Shown here in pieces: positions 36,261 to 46,410 of a stretch of DNA of 53,488 bases. Within the stretch, counting starts at the first letter, position 1; the number at the start of each line of letters is the position of its first letter. The notes below the pieces were generated by a model. The model saw only the letters and a program-made list of their open reading frames with translations. It was not told the DNA's origin and did no database searches. Origin of the DNA: Actinomycetota bacterium (GTDB lineage Bacteria > Actinomycetota > CADDZG01 > WHSQ01); the NCBI GenBank assembly GCA_036265345.1, contig DATAPE010000165.1, positions 1 through 53,488 of the forward strand, in the 5' to 3' direction. The position numbers were made by a program, and so were the translations under genes.

Positions 36261-36583
36261 TGGTTGCCGCCTGCAGCGGCAAGGGCGCCGTTCAGAGAAA
36301 CACCCAATTCCTGGAAGGACAGCTCCATGGCGTCGCGGCCGGCGCTGACGACGACATCCGCCGGGATGCTCGCCTCTCGCACCAGGGCGCGCACCCGCCG
36401 GCGAAGGCGGTTGCGGCGTATCGCTCCTCCAGCCCGAGCGCTCACCGCCAGACCGAGGTGGGTCGGGTAGCCCTCGTTGCGAGGCAGGACCCAGACGGTG
36501 ATCCCGTCGTTGCGGGCGCGCCGGCCCTCCGTGAACACGGTGGAGAAGCGGGCCCTGCCCGATAGGGAAACGGGAGATCTCAT
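36257..36583 (-). CDS. rnpA: ribonuclease P protein component
   Basis: 108 aa and basic. The RNR-like motif A.RRNRLRRR is present, in the conserved position between rpmH and yidD. Confidence 0.85.
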   Translation of the reverse strand: MRSPVSLSGRARFSTVFTEGRRARNDGITVWVLPRNEGYPTHLGLAVSARAGGAIRRNRLRRRVRALVREASIPADVVVSAGRDAMELSFQELGVSLNGALAAAGGNQ

Positions 36584-36598
36584 CCCTCTGCCGCCCGG

Positions 36599-36736
36599 CT
36601 AGGCGGACAACCGGGCGCGGCCCTTGGCCCGCCGGTTCTTGAGGATGGTCCGGCCCGCTCGCGTGCTCATCCTGGCGCGGAAACCGTGCTTGCGCTTCCG
36701 CCGGCGCGTGTTGGGCTGGAACGTTCGTTTCGTCAT
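36599..36736 (-). CDS. rpmH: 50S ribosomal protein L34
   Basis: Below the ORF-track size cutoff. My translation of the minus strand is [45 protein letters not shown], the canonical L34 sequence. Confidence 0.95.
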   Translation of the reverse strand: MTKRTFQPNTRRRKRKHGFRARMSTRAGRTILKNRRAKGRARLSA

Positions 36737-37003
36737 CGGAACACCTCGGGCTAAACGCCCCTCAGTGACTCGCCGGTGCGTGGTCGCGAAATCGCAGGGG
36801 TCTTATGGGAGTGTCGCCGGAGTATAGCCGAAGCCTCTTTCTGCACGTAAAGGCCCATGCGCGAAAACGCTTCACGCGAATCCGGCGAAACCCTTGACGC
36901 CCCCTCGGCATCGCTGCGTACGATGCTCTCGTTTTTCGTGGCTCGAACATCGTTGTGAGATCGGCGGCACTTCCCTCATTGCTGCTTGTGCAGATACTGA
37001 TTC

Positions 37004-37035
37004 TTATCCACATGTGTGGATAAGGTTGTGGACAG
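37004..37035. promoter_or_regulatory. DnaA-box cluster: TTATCCACA (37004-12), TGTGGATAA (37015-23), TGTGGACAG (37027-35)
   Basis: Read directly. There are two 9/9 consensus boxes in inverted orientation with a 2-bp spacer, plus an 8/9 box 3 bp later, in the rpmH-dnaA spacer about 125 bp upstream of the proposed dnaA start. Confidence 0.8.
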
Positions 37036-37159
37036 AGCAAGCAAGCAAACGGCCCCCGTAATACCTTCCCCCGCTGTTCGTTCCCGCGGGCGAGTTGTCT
37101 GGCCGGGCCCCCCTGGGGCCGGCCGTCGGGGTACTGCTAGAAGTCACAGGGGGGAGCGC

Positions 37160-38608
37160 GTGGAAACGACGACTGAACCAGGCCGTGGGAGTGATCTCTT
37201 GGAGCGCGACGATCCGAGGTCCTCAGCCGGTGATGCCGGCCCCTCCCAAGAGGTGATCTGGCGAAACGTTTGCGCTCGGTTGCGGACCGAGCTGACGCCC
37301 GCAAACTTCTCGGCGTGGTTCTCCCACGTGAGGGTCATCGGCATCGAGGGCGGGGCGCTGTTGGTGGGCGTGCCCAGCTCCTTCGCCAAGAAGTGGATCG
37401 AGGAGCGCTATCTGGAGCCCTTGCGGGACGCGGTGCGCGCGGCCACCGATCCAAGCCTCGACGTGATCCTTCTCACCGACTACGGCGCCGCCGAAGCAGA
37501 CCCGGAAGAGATACCCGCTCCGGTGCCCGAAGGCCCGGCTGAACGTCCGGCAGAAACGCCCCGCACCGAGCCGGTCTCGTTCCACACCAAATACACCTTC
37601 GACTCCTTCGTGATCGGTTCCTCCAATCGCTTTGCGCACGCGGCGGCGCTGGCCGTCGCTGAAAGCCCCGGTGGAGGGTTGTACAACCCGCTGTTCGTCT
37701 ACGGGCAAGCGGGCCTCGGTAAAACTCACCTGTTGCACGCGATCGGGCACTACGTTCAGCAGTTCCACCGGGGGCTGCAGATCCGCTACGTGACCACCGA
37801 GCAATTCATGAACGAGTTCATCGTTGCGGTGCAGAGGAAGACGATCCCTTCCTTCCACCAGCGCTACCGCGTCGCCGACGTGCTGCTGGTGGACGACATC
37901 CAGTTGCTCGAAGGAAAGGAACGCACGCAAGAGGAGTTCTTCCACACGTTCAACGCGCTGCATCCCAAGAGTCAGATCGTCATCACCTCGGATCGGCCCC
38001 CGAAAAAGATGTCGACCCTCGAGGAACGCCTGCGCACGCGCTTCGAGTGGGGTTTGATCACCGACATCCAGCCCCCCGACCTGGAGACGCGGCTGGCGAT
38101 CCTGCAGAAGAAGTCCGAAACGGAGGGCCTCGCCATACCCCCGGAGGTTCTGTCCTTGATCGCCACCAAGGTGCAGACGAACATCCGTGAGCTTGAGGGT
38201 GCACTCATCCGGGTTGCTGCCTACGCTTCGCTCAGCCGCACGGAAATCACCCTGCCCATGGCTCAGCAGGTCCTGCAGCCGCTGCTCCCTGACGCCAACG
38301 AAGCGCGGGTGACTTCAGATCTTGTCATCGCGGTCGCGGGCGAGTACTTCGGTGTTACCCCCGAGGAGATCTGTTCGCCGAACCGCTCGCGCCCACTGGT
38401 TAACGCGCGGCAGATCGCGATGTACCTGTGCCGAGAGTTGACTGACCTATCGTTGCCCCGGATCGGCGAGCGGTTCGGGGGCCGCGACCACTCGACCGTC
38501 GTGCATGCGGATCGCAAGATCAAAGAGGAGATCCGGGAGCGGCAGAGCTCCTACGAGCAGGTCCAGGAGCTGACCACTAGGATCCGTCAACAGGCCGCGC
38601 GTGGATAA
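37160..38608 (+). CDS. dnaA: chromosomal replication initiator protein DnaA
   Basis: Track ORF 37016..38608 trimmed to GTG 37160, preceded by AGGGGGGAG; the longer ORF would begin inside the DnaA-box cluster. Motifs: Walker [11 protein letters not shown], Walker B LLVDDIQ, sensor and box VII regions, C-terminal DNA-binding helix ([10 protein letters not shown]). Confidence 0.95.
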   Translation: METTTEPGRGSDLLERDDPRSSAGDAGPSQEVIWRNVCARLRTELTPANFSAWFSHVRVIGIEGGALLVGVPSSFAKKWIEERYLEPLRDAVRAATDPSLDVILLTDYGAAEADPEEIPAPVPEGPAERPAETPRTEPVSFHTKYTFDSFVIGSSNRFAHAAALAVAESPGGGLYNPLFVYGQAGLGKTHLLHAIGHYVQQFHRGLQIRYVTTEQFMNEFIVAVQRKTIPSFHQRYRVADVLLVDDIQLLEGKERTQEEFFHTFNALHPKSQIVITSDRPPKKMSTLEERLRTRFEWGLITDIQPPDLETRLAILQKKSETEGLAIPPEVLSLIATKVQTNIRELEGALIRVAAYASLSRTEITLPMAQQVLQPLLPDANEARVTSDLVIAVAGEYFGVTPEEICSPNRSRPLVNARQIAMYLCRELTDLSLPRIGERFGGRDHSTVVHADRKIKEEIRERQSSYEQVQELTTRIRQQAARG

Positions 38609-38700
38609 CGGGCGCTGGTCTGTGCGTATCGGTGGAGATCGTGGCCGCTCAGTAAGATCCCCGCGCGACACCGCGTCGAGGAAGGCTGGCTATCAGCAAC

Positions 38701-38805
38701 CCATCCACATGCGCACCGAGGCTGTGGCCTGCGGATCCTTGCTCTTATCCCCCAGTCCACAGCTGCCTATTACGAGGACTAAGAAAGATATAGAAGAGAC
38801 CCTTA
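38701..38805. other. candidate oriC unwinding region: degenerate DnaA boxes plus an AT-rich patch in the dnaA-dnaN spacer
   Basis: CCATCCACA (38701-09), TTATCCCCC (38745-53) and CAGTCCACA (38753-61) each match the consensus at 7/9. The stretch 38768-38800, tattacgaggactaagaaagatatagaagagac, is 11/33 G+C by my count. Confidence 0.5.
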
Positions 38806-38884
38806 GAAGCGTGGTGCAAATCACTCCTTCTGTCGCAACCCACAACTATGGTGCAGGTGAGAAGATTCGGGATCGGAGGCCAGG

Positions 38885-40012
38885 ATGAAATTTCGTTGTG
38901 AGCGCGACGACCTACTGGAGGCGGCCCAGTTCGCGTCACGAGCGATCTCGAACCGAGCGACGCTTCCGGTTCTGTCCGGGATACGGATAGATGCGTCGGA
39001 AGAGGGCCGGGTGTCGGTGGCAGCGACCGACCTGGAGCTAACGATGGAAACCGTGTTCCGAGCAGGCGTCGACACGCCGGGAACATCGATAGTGCCCGGC
39101 AGACTCTTCGGCGAGATGATCCGCAGCCTCTCTCCGGGCCAGGTGAACCTGATGGGCAGTGACGCCGACGTCGAGATCGGCTCCGGGCGCGGGCAATTCC
39201 GGGTCAAGTCGTTGGCGCAGGACGACTACCCCGCCCTCGCGATCGAAGAGCGGGATCAGGATGGTGGCTTCCGGATCGAGGTGGACGGACCGACGCTGGC
39301 CGCAGCCCTGTCCCAGGTGGTCAAGAGTGCGTCTGCCGACGAGAGCCGTCAGGTGCTTACCGGCGTGCTGTGGGAGATGAGTGCCGGGACTCTGACCCTG
39401 GCCGCGACCGACTCCTACCGGTTGGCCGTGCGCACCGTGGAAGTCGGCGGAGGGCCGGCGGAGGAGAAGAAAGTGATCCTGCCAGCCCGGGCGCTCGGCG
39501 AGTTGGCCCGCGCCCTACAAGGCGGCGCGGCGGCTTCCGTGATGATCAAGGAGAACCTGATCATCTTCTCGATCGGTGGTTCGGACGGGAGCGCCGGCGA
39601 GTCCGTCATCGGCAGCCGCTTCATCGAGGGCGAGTTCCCCAAGTACCGTCAGCTGATCCCGCAGGGTTATGTCAACGAGCTCTCGGTTGATCGAGAGGCT
39701 CTGCTCGAGGTTGTGAAACGCGTCGGGCTCCTTGCCCAGAACAACTTGCCGGTGAAGCTGCGCCTCGACACCGAGTTGGAGATCTCTGCGCACACCCCAG
39801 ACGTTGGCGAGGGTCAAGAGATCCTCGACGCTGAGTACAAGGGCGAGCCCCTTGTCATCGCTTTCAATCCTCAGTTCCTGAACGACGGAGCTGCTGCGAT
39901 CCGCGGCGAGCGTTTGGTGATCCAGGCGGGCGACGGTCTGAAGCCTGCGATCTTGCGCGGGGCGAACGAAGACGCCTTCACCTACCTTCTGATGCCGGTG
40001 AGGTTGAGCTAG
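38885..40012 (+). CDS. dnaN: DNA polymerase III beta sliding clamp
   Basis: 375 aa. MKFRCERDDLLEA......AIS.R.TLPVLSGI.I.A...... three-domain clamp pattern ending LLMPVRL. Confidence 0.95.
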   Translation: MKFRCERDDLLEAAQFASRAISNRATLPVLSGIRIDASEEGRVSVAATDLELTMETVFRAGVDTPGTSIVPGRLFGEMIRSLSPGQVNLMGSDADVEIGSGRGQFRVKSLAQDDYPALAIEERDQDGGFRIEVDGPTLAAALSQVVKSASADESRQVLTGVLWEMSAGTLTLAATDSYRLAVRTVEVGGGPAEEKKVILPARALGELARALQGGAAASVMIKENLIIFSIGGSDGSAGESVIGSRFIEGEFPKYRQLIPQGYVNELSVDREALLEVVKRVGLLAQNNLPVKLRLDTELEISAHTPDVGEGQEILDAEYKGEPLVIAFNPQFLNDGAAAIRGERLVIQAGDGLKPAILRGANEDAFTYLLMPVRLS

Positions 40013-40018
40013 AACGGG

Positions 40019-41179
40019 TTGCAGGTCGATCGGCTTGGTCTGGAGGATTTCCGCAACTACGTCCACGTTGCCGTTGACTTAGCCCCGGGACTGAACCTGG
40101 TGGTTGGCAGGAACGCGCAAGGCAAGACCAACCTGTTGGAGGCGATCCACTGTCTGAGCGGGCTCGGCTCCCCCCGCTCGCCGGATGCGGCCTTGATCAG
40201 GGAGGGATGCGAGCGCTCTCTGTTGCACGCAGAGGTCCGGAAAGGAGAGCGACAGTTGCGGGTGGACCTCGAGATCAGGCCCGGCCGGGGAACGAAGGCG
40301 CTCATCAACGGAACGCCGCTGCACGGCACCCGCCCTCTCAGCGAGATCGTGGTCACCGTGTTCTTTGGGCCCGATGAGCTCTCTCTGGTCAAAGGTTCGC
40401 CCGACGGCAGAAGACGGTTTTTGGACGACCTCGTGGTCAAGCTCCATCCCACGCGCGCGGCACAGCGGCGAGAGTGGGAGCGCGTCCTCAAGCAGAGGAA
40501 CGCGCTGTTGCGCTCGGCCCCCCGGCGCGGCTCTGTATCCCTCGGCCAGACCCTCGACGTCTGGGACGAGGCTTTGTGCAGGACGGGGGCCGGGCTCGCA
40601 GCGGCGCGGCTGCAGGCGTTGGGCCGGTTGCTGCCACACGCGCGCAAACGCTATGAAGAGGTGGCGGGCGGCGGTGACCTCGAGCTCAACTACACGAGCG
40701 AGTGGCTCGACGAGTACATCATCGAATCCGCCTTGGGCTCCCCTGCCGCCATCGACGAATCGATCCTGAAAGAGAGGCTGGCGGCAAAGCTCGAGGAGGT
40801 GCGCCCCCGCGAATTCGAGCGCGGCATCTCTCTGGTCGGTCCCCAGCGCGACGACGTGCTCATCAAACTCATCTCGCCGGGTGCGACCGGTGGGCAGCTC
40901 GAGGCTCGCAATCATGCGTCGCAGGGAGAGCAGCGCACGTCGGCGCTGGCACTGAAGCTTGCCGAGCACGACCTTCTGACCGACGCGCTCGGTTACCAAC
41001 CCATCCTGTTGCTCGACGATGTCTTCTCTGAGCTCGATGCGGTCCGCAGAGGGTGGCTGGGTGGAGCGGTCGGAGCGATGGGGCAGACGCTGCTGTCATC
41101 GGCAGAACCGGTTTCTCCCGGCAGCATCGCGGTCGAACGCACCCTCGAGGTCAGCGCGGGACAGGTCGTCGCCAGATGA
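40019..41179 (+). CDS. recF: DNA replication/repair protein RecF
   Basis: 386 aa with a TTG start. L.L.DFRNY, Walker A GRNAQGKTNLLEA, signature SQGEQRT.ALALKLAE, Walker B LLLDDV.SELD. Confidence 0.95.
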   Translation: MQVDRLGLEDFRNYVHVAVDLAPGLNLVVGRNAQGKTNLLEAIHCLSGLGSPRSPDAALIREGCERSLLHAEVRKGERQLRVDLEIRPGRGTKALINGTPLHGTRPLSEIVVTVFFGPDELSLVKGSPDGRRRFLDDLVVKLHPTRAAQRREWERVLKQRNALLRSAPRRGSVSLGQTLDVWDEALCRTGAGLAAARLQALGRLLPHARKRYEEVAGGGDLELNYTSEWLDEYIIESALGSPAAIDESILKERLAAKLEEVRPREFERGISLVGPQRDDVLIKLISPGATGGQLEARNHASQGEQRTSALALKLAEHDLLTDALGYQPILLLDDVFSELDAVRRGWLGGAVGAMGQTLLSSAEPVSPGSIAVERTLEVSAGQVVAR

Positions 41180-41634
41180 CCGATCCCCTCGATTCGGTCG
41201 TCCGGATAAAGGACCTGCTCGGCGATACCGGCCGCCGGCTCGGGCTGCCTGCGGCGGTCGAGACCGGCGCCATCTGGTCCCGGTGGACCGAGATCGTGGG
41301 GCCGGCGGTCGCAGCTCATGCCGAGCCGTCGTCGCTTAAGAGCGGTGTGTTGCGGGTGCGGGCGGACTCGCCTGCTTGGGCGACCGAGATCGGTTATCTG
41401 AAAGACGAGATCAAGGCGGCGGTCAACCGGCTGGTGGGCCTCGAGCTCGTGGAAGAGGTCCGGTTGTGGACCGGCCCCGGCGCGATCCGTGGGCCGCGAC
41501 CCGCCGGCGCCGGTGACATGACGGGCCCCGCCAGCGGGTCCGCGCCCGTGCCCGACAGTGGCGTCCAGGACCCGAACGTGGCGGTCGAGCGCGCCCGCGA
41601 AGCATGGGCGCGACGACGCGACTCGGCGTCTTGA
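41176..41634 (+). CDS. DUF721 (DciA-like) protein
   Basis: Track ORF 41053..41634 trimmed to ATG 41176 (ATGA overlap with the recF stop). W..IVG..VA.H..P.....G.L.V.ADS.AWATE pattern, in the position of mycobacterial Rv0004 between recF and gyrB. Confidence 0.8.
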   Translation: MTDPLDSVVRIKDLLGDTGRRLGLPAAVETGAIWSRWTEIVGPAVAAHAEPSSLKSGVLRVRADSPAWATEIGYLKDEIKAAVNRLVGLELVEEVRLWTGPGAIRGPRPAGAGDMTGPASGSAPVPDSGVQDPNVAVERAREAWARRRDSAS

Positions 41635-41837
41635 GGTGGTCGCGGGGCCGGCAGGCTTCGGGGGCCGGCAGAAGGGCAGGCAGAGGCCCCCAGCGGCCCC
41701 CAAAAAACTGCCAAAGTACCTGGTAGATGGTACTATTCAGAGTACGAACCCACCTGTTTCCGGCGTCTATCGCCGCGCCCCGGAGGGGTTCGTAACGACG
41801 ATCACACCAAGCAGTCTCGCGAGCACATAAGGAACGG

Positions 41838-43781
41838 ATGAAGCCCTCGAAAACCCCGTCCACCTCCGCCACGCGGTCCTCCAACGGGTACACCGCCCAG
41901 GACATCACGGTCCTCAAAGGCCTGGACCCCGTCCGCAAGCGGCCGGGTATGTACATCGGATCTACCGGGCCCCGCGGCCTGCACCACCTCGTGTACGAGG
42001 TGGTGGCCAATGCGGTCGACGAAGCCATGGCCGGCTATTGCGACCGGATCATCGTCGAGCTGCTCGCCGATGGTGGATGCAAGATCACCGACAACGGCCG
42101 CGGGATCCCCGTCGACAACGTTAAGGGCGAGGGAAAGACGGCAGTCGAGGTAGTCCTCACGACCCTGCATGCGGGTGGGAAGTTCGAAGGCAAGGGCTAT
42201 CAGGTGTCCGGGGGCCTGCACGGGGTTGGAGTATCGGTGGTGAATGCGCTTTCGGAGCGTTTGGAGATAGAAGTCGCCCGTGACGGCAAGCTGTGGACCC
42301 AGAGTTACGTGCAGGGAAAGCCGCAGGCCAAGCTTCGGGCGACAAAGTCCATCAAGAGAACGGGGACCACGGTCTCGTTCTGGCCGGACCCCCAGATATT
42401 CACCGAGGAACGCGAGTTCAAGTTCGAAACCTTGATGCAGAGCCTGCGCGAGATGGCGTTCTTGAACAAGGGCCTAGAGATCCGGCTGATCGACCACCGC
42501 ATCGAGCCTGCGATGCAAGAGACCTTCCGTTATACGGGCGGCATCGTGGACTTCGTCAAGCACCTCAACACGTCGAAGGAAGAGGTCCACAAGCGCGTGA
42601 TCTATCTCGAGGCCAAGGCCGAACAGCATGAGCTCGAGATAGCCATGCAGTGGACTACCACCTTCAACGAGTCGATCTTCACCTTCGCCAACAACATCAA
42701 TACGCACGAGGGCGGGATGCACGAGGAAGGGTTCCGGCGCTCGCTCACTCGAGTTGTCACGTCCTACGCGCGCGCTAAGGGAATCTTGAAAGAGAAAGAC
42801 GATCCGCTCGTCGGTGAAGATTGCCGCGAAGGGCTGACCGCGATCGTCTCGGTGAAGCTGCGCGAGCCACAGTTCGAAGGACAGACAAAGACCAAGCTGG
42901 GCAACACCGAGATCCGCTCTTACGTGGAGACGTCGATGAACCAGAAGTTCACGGACTTCATGGAGGAGCATCCGAGTGATGCTCGCGCGATCTGCAACAA
43001 GATCATCTCCGCCCAACGGGCCCGCCTGGAAGCGCGCAAGGCGCGAGACCTGGTTCGCCGTAAGTCGCTGCTGGAATCGTCGATGCTTCCAGGGAAGCTG
43101 GCCGACTGCCAGACCAGCGATCCGGACCGGGCCGAGCTGCTGATAGTCGAGGGCGATTCGGCGGGAGGCACCGCTAAGAGCGCGCGGCAGCGAGAATTCC
43201 AAGCCGTTCTTCCTCTGCGGGGCAAGATCCTCAACGTCGAGCGAGCTCGGCTCTCGAAGATCCTCGAGAACAAAGAGATCCAGGCCATCATCACCGCAGT
43301 CGGAACCGGTATCGGAGAAGAGTTCGACATCAACAAGGCGCGCTATCACAAGATCATTTCGATGGCCGACGCGGACGAGGATGGGTCGCATATCAAGACT
43401 CTGCTTCTGACGTTCTTCTTCCGCTACATGCCGCAGCTGATCGATTCAGGCTTCGTCTTCGTGGCGCAACCACCCTTGTACCGGGTCCCTTACAAAGGGC
43501 AGGTTCACTACTTCAAGAACGACGAACAACTCGCAGCTTTCGTGGCATCCGCCAACGGAGCCAAGATCGAACCCCAGCGGTTCAAGGGTCTGGGGGAGAT
43601 GAATGCCGAGCAACTATGGGACACCACACTCGATCCCTCGACCCGCACCTTGCTGCGGGTGACGATGGAAGACGCCGCCCTTGCCGAAGAGATCTTCACC
43701 ATGCTGATGGGTGAAGACGTGGAGGCACGGAAAGGCTTCATCCAGCGCAACGCTAAAGACGTCCGTTTTCTAGATATCTGA
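41838..43781 (+). CDS. gyrB: DNA gyrase subunit B
   Basis: 647 aa. VRKRPGMYIGST, GLHHLVYEVV.N.VDEA, the GHKL ATPase G-loops, Toprim EGDSAGG, PL.GKILNVE, DADVDG-like DADEDGSHI. Confidence 0.97.
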   Translation: MKPSKTPSTSATRSSNGYTAQDITVLKGLDPVRKRPGMYIGSTGPRGLHHLVYEVVANAVDEAMAGYCDRIIVELLADGGCKITDNGRGIPVDNVKGEGKTAVEVVLTTLHAGGKFEGKGYQVSGGLHGVGVSVVNALSERLEIEVARDGKLWTQSYVQGKPQAKLRATKSIKRTGTTVSFWPDPQIFTEEREFKFETLMQSLREMAFLNKGLEIRLIDHRIEPAMQETFRYTGGIVDFVKHLNTSKEEVHKRVIYLEAKAEQHELEIAMQWTTTFNESIFTFANNINTHEGGMHEEGFRRSLTRVVTSYARAKGILKEKDDPLVGEDCREGLTAIVSVKLREPQFEGQTKTKLGNTEIRSYVETSMNQKFTDFMEEHPSDARAICNKIISAQRARLEARKARDLVRRKSLLESSMLPGKLADCQTSDPDRAELLIVEGDSAGGTAKSARQREFQAVLPLRGKILNVERARLSKILENKEIQAIITAVGTGIGEEFDINKARYHKIISMADADEDGSHIKTLLLTFFFRYMPQLIDSGFVFVAQPPLYRVPYKGQVHYFKNDEQLAAFVASANGAKIEPQRFKGLGEMNAEQLWDTTLDPSTRTLLRVTMEDAALAEEIFTMLMGEDVEARKGFIQRNAKDVRFLDI

Positions 43782-43791
43782 CCTGGAGCCG

Positions 43792-46314
43792 ATGCCCAAA
43801 GAACCGTTCCAAGACAAGCTTCCCGGTGGCGGCGACGACGGCGACTCGGGGATAGCCGATATCACCATCGAGGACGAAGTTCAGGACTCCTTCCTCGAAT
43901 ACGCGATGGCGGTGATCGTTAGCCGTGCTCTTCCCGACGTGCGTGATGGCCTCAAACCGGTGAACCGTCGGATCCTCTACGCGGCCCTGCAATCGGGGCT
44001 GCGCCCGGATCAGCGCTACCGCAAGTGCGCGGCGCTGGTTGGCGAGGTCATGAAGACCTATCACCCCCATGGTGACCAATCCATATATGACGCGCTCGCG
44101 AGGCTCGCGCAGGACTTCACTACCCGAAATCTACTGATCGACGGGCAGGGCAACTTCGGTTCCATCGACGGCGACGCGCCGGCTGCGATGCGCTACACGG
44201 AGTGCCGCCTATCGCGGCTTGCGATGGAGTTGGTGCGCGACATCGGCGAGGAGACCGTCGATTTCACCCCCAACTATGACGGCGACACGACCGAACCCAT
44301 AGCGCTACCTGCTCGCTTCCCCAATCTGCTCGTGAACGGCTCAAGCGGCATCGCTGTCGGTATGGCCACCAACATCCCGCCGCACAATCTTGGTGAAGTG
44401 GTCGACGCGGTGGTCGATGTTCTGGAGCATCCCGAGCTGGCGATGGATCAAGCAAAGATGTTGAAAGCGGTCACCAGACACATCCAGGGCCCCGACTTCC
44501 CCACCGGCGCTCAGATCGTCGGCAGGCAAGGGATCAGCGACGCCTATGCGACGGGACGGGGATCGATAAAGATGCGTGCCGTTTGCGAGATCGAAGAAGG
44601 GCCCAAGGGAAACCCGCGGATCGTTGTGACCGAGCTCCCGTACCAGGTCAACAAAGCCCGCCTCGCTCAAAAGATCGCCGAGCTGGTCAACGCCAAGGAA
44701 AAGAGACTCGAGGGCATCGCCGATCTCCGTGACGAGTCCTCTCGCGAAGGCATGCGTCTCGTGATCGATCTGAAGCGCAATTCGGTTCCCCAGGTGGTTC
44801 TCAACACGCTCTACAAGAGGACCCAGCTGCAGGAGAACTTCGCCGTGAACATGGTTGCCCTGGTCGACTTCGTCCCTCGGACGTTGAACCTGGCCGAGGT
44901 CATCAACGAGTACATCAACCATCAGATGGCCGTCATCACGCGCCGCACGCGCTTCCGGCTGCGAAAGGCCAAGGAGCGGTCGCACATCTTGGAGGGACTA
45001 ATCATCGCCCTCGACCACATCGACGAGATCGTGGCGTTGATCCGCAACGCGGCGGACGTCGACGAGGCCCGGCAGGGACTGATGGCCGGCTTCCGTCTAA
45101 GCGAGATTCAAGCGAGTCACATCCTCGACATGCCCCTTCGGCGTCTGACCGCGCTGGAGCAGGACAAGATCCGGGAGGAGCACGACGAGCTGCAACGGAC
45201 GATCGCAGAGCTCGAAGCGATCTTGCGAGACGAAGCGAAGGTACGGGCGATCATCGCCGACGAGCTGCGCGAGATCAAACGGAAGTTTGCCGATCCTCGC
45301 AGGTCCATCATCGTCCCGGACGAAGGCGAATTCGATATCGAAGATCTGATTGCCGACGAAGAGCTCGTTATCTCCGTATCCCGGGATGGCTACATCAAGA
45401 GCGTTCCATTGGATACCTACCGGCGACAGGGCCGCGGGGGCCGCGGGGTCAGGGGCGCGGCTCTGAAGGAAGGCGACATCGTCGAGCACCTCACGACCAC
45501 GACGGCGCATGCCTATCTCCTGCTGTTCTCGACCGGCGGGCGTGTGTACCGTCTGAAGGCCCACGAGATCCCCAAACGAGATCGCACCGCGCGTGGGACG
45601 GCGGCCGTGAATGTCGTCGCCATGCGCCCGGAGGACCGTGTTGCCGCGGTTATCGACACGCGTGACTATGAGAGTTACCGCTATCTCTTGATCGCAACGA
45701 AGCGCGGAATGGTGAAGAAGACATTGTTCCGTGAGTACGACTCGTCCCGCAAAGAAGGCATCATCGCGGTGAATCTCAAGGACGGTGACGAAGTCGTCCG
45801 CGTACGGCCCACGTCCGGTAACGATGACGTGCTGCTGATCAGCAAGAAGGGCAAAGCGATCCGCTTCTCGGAGAAGCACGCGCGCTCTATGGGCCGAACG
45901 GCCACCGGCGTGATCGGCATCAGACTGGATCCAGATGATGAAGTAGTCACCAGTGACATCGTTGCGAAGGACGACAAAGAGCTGCTGATCGTGACCGAAT
46001 TCGGTTACGGAAAGAGGACCAAGCTCAGCGAGTTTCCTCGCAAGGGCCGCGGGGGCAAAGGGGTCATCGCTGCCAAACTGACGAGACCGCGGGGCCAGAT
46101 CGTAGGGGCCAGCGTGGTTCGGTCGGACGACGAGGTGTTCCTTATAAGCGACGACGGTGTCGTGATCCGCATGCCGGTGGGATCGATCTCCCGGCAGGGC
46201 CGCCCTGCCACGGGGGTTCGGGTGATGAATCTCAGCGAGGGGGCGAAGGTATCCGCAGTCGCTCCTGTCGTAGGGGAATCCGACGACGCGGGACAGGAAC
46301 CCCTGCTTCCTTAA
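43792..46314 (+). CDS. gyrA: DNA gyrase subunit A
   Basis: 840 aa. [26 protein letters not shown], catalytic AAMRYTE.RL, a GyrA-box-like [12 protein letters not shown] segment and C-terminal beta-pinwheel repeats. Confidence 0.97.
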   Translation: MPKEPFQDKLPGGGDDGDSGIADITIEDEVQDSFLEYAMAVIVSRALPDVRDGLKPVNRRILYAALQSGLRPDQRYRKCAALVGEVMKTYHPHGDQSIYDALARLAQDFTTRNLLIDGQGNFGSIDGDAPAAMRYTECRLSRLAMELVRDIGEETVDFTPNYDGDTTEPIALPARFPNLLVNGSSGIAVGMATNIPPHNLGEVVDAVVDVLEHPELAMDQAKMLKAVTRHIQGPDFPTGAQIVGRQGISDAYATGRGSIKMRAVCEIEEGPKGNPRIVVTELPYQVNKARLAQKIAELVNAKEKRLEGIADLRDESSREGMRLVIDLKRNSVPQVVLNTLYKRTQLQENFAVNMVALVDFVPRTLNLAEVINEYINHQMAVITRRTRFRLRKAKERSHILEGLIIALDHIDEIVALIRNAADVDEARQGLMAGFRLSEIQASHILDMPLRRLTALEQDKIREEHDELQRTIAELEAILRDEAKVRAIIADELREIKRKFADPRRSIIVPDEGEFDIEDLIADEELVISVSRDGYIKSVPLDTYRRQGRGGRGVRGAALKEGDIVEHLTTTTAHAYLLLFSTGGRVYRLKAHEIPKRDRTARGTAAVNVVAMRPEDRVAAVIDTRDYESYRYLLIATKRGMVKKTLFREYDSSRKEGIIAVNLKDGDEVVRVRPTSGNDDVLLISKKGKAIRFSEKHARSMGRTATGVIGIRLDPDDEVVTSDIVAKDDKELLIVTEFGYGKRTKLSEFPRKGRGGKGVIAAKLTRPRGQIVGASVVRSDDEVFLISDDGVVIRMPVGSISRQGRPATGVRVMNLSEGAKVSAVAPVVGESDDAGQEPLLP

Positions 46315-46410
46315 GGAAACCAAGCCAGGTCACCGCCAAAACAGCTCCTTTTCGCGCATACTGATTGCCGGGCATGTCGAGATGGCCGGCCCCCAGCGAC
46401 CAGGAGAGAG

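Noticed and set aside
36894-36924. Sigma-70-like promoter TTGACG-N19-TACGAT upstream of the DnaA boxes. A weak gyrB promoter candidate, CTGCCA-N17-TACTAT, lies at 41708-41736.
   Set aside because: The hexamers are plausible, but the 19-nt spacer (dnaA) and the poor -35 (gyrB) make them unreliable without TSS data. They are not listed as features.
37016-37159. N-terminal 48 codons of the ORF-track dnaA model
   Set aside because: This extension would begin inside the DnaA-box cluster, is basic and Pro/Gly-rich, and lacks an RBS. GTG 37160, preceded by AGGGGGGAG, gives a normal DnaA N-terminus.
41655-41710. GGGGGCCG ... CGGCCCCC stem followed by AAAAAA after the DUF721 gene, as a terminator
   Set aside because: The homopolymer following the stem is A rather than T in the direction of transcription, and the loop is long (over 25 nt). 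It does not fit an intrinsic terminator.
45097-46323. 408-aa ORF antisense to gyrA. Similar long shadow ORFs lie at 2447-3667, 23553-24476, 40079-40999, 42474-43391 and 29537-30541.
   Set aside because: Each lies entirely inside a confidently identified gene on the opposite strand (gyrA, the Fe-S oxidoreductase, DUF6049, recF, gyrB, trxB). Each has low-complexity, Arg-rich composition and no recognisable domain.
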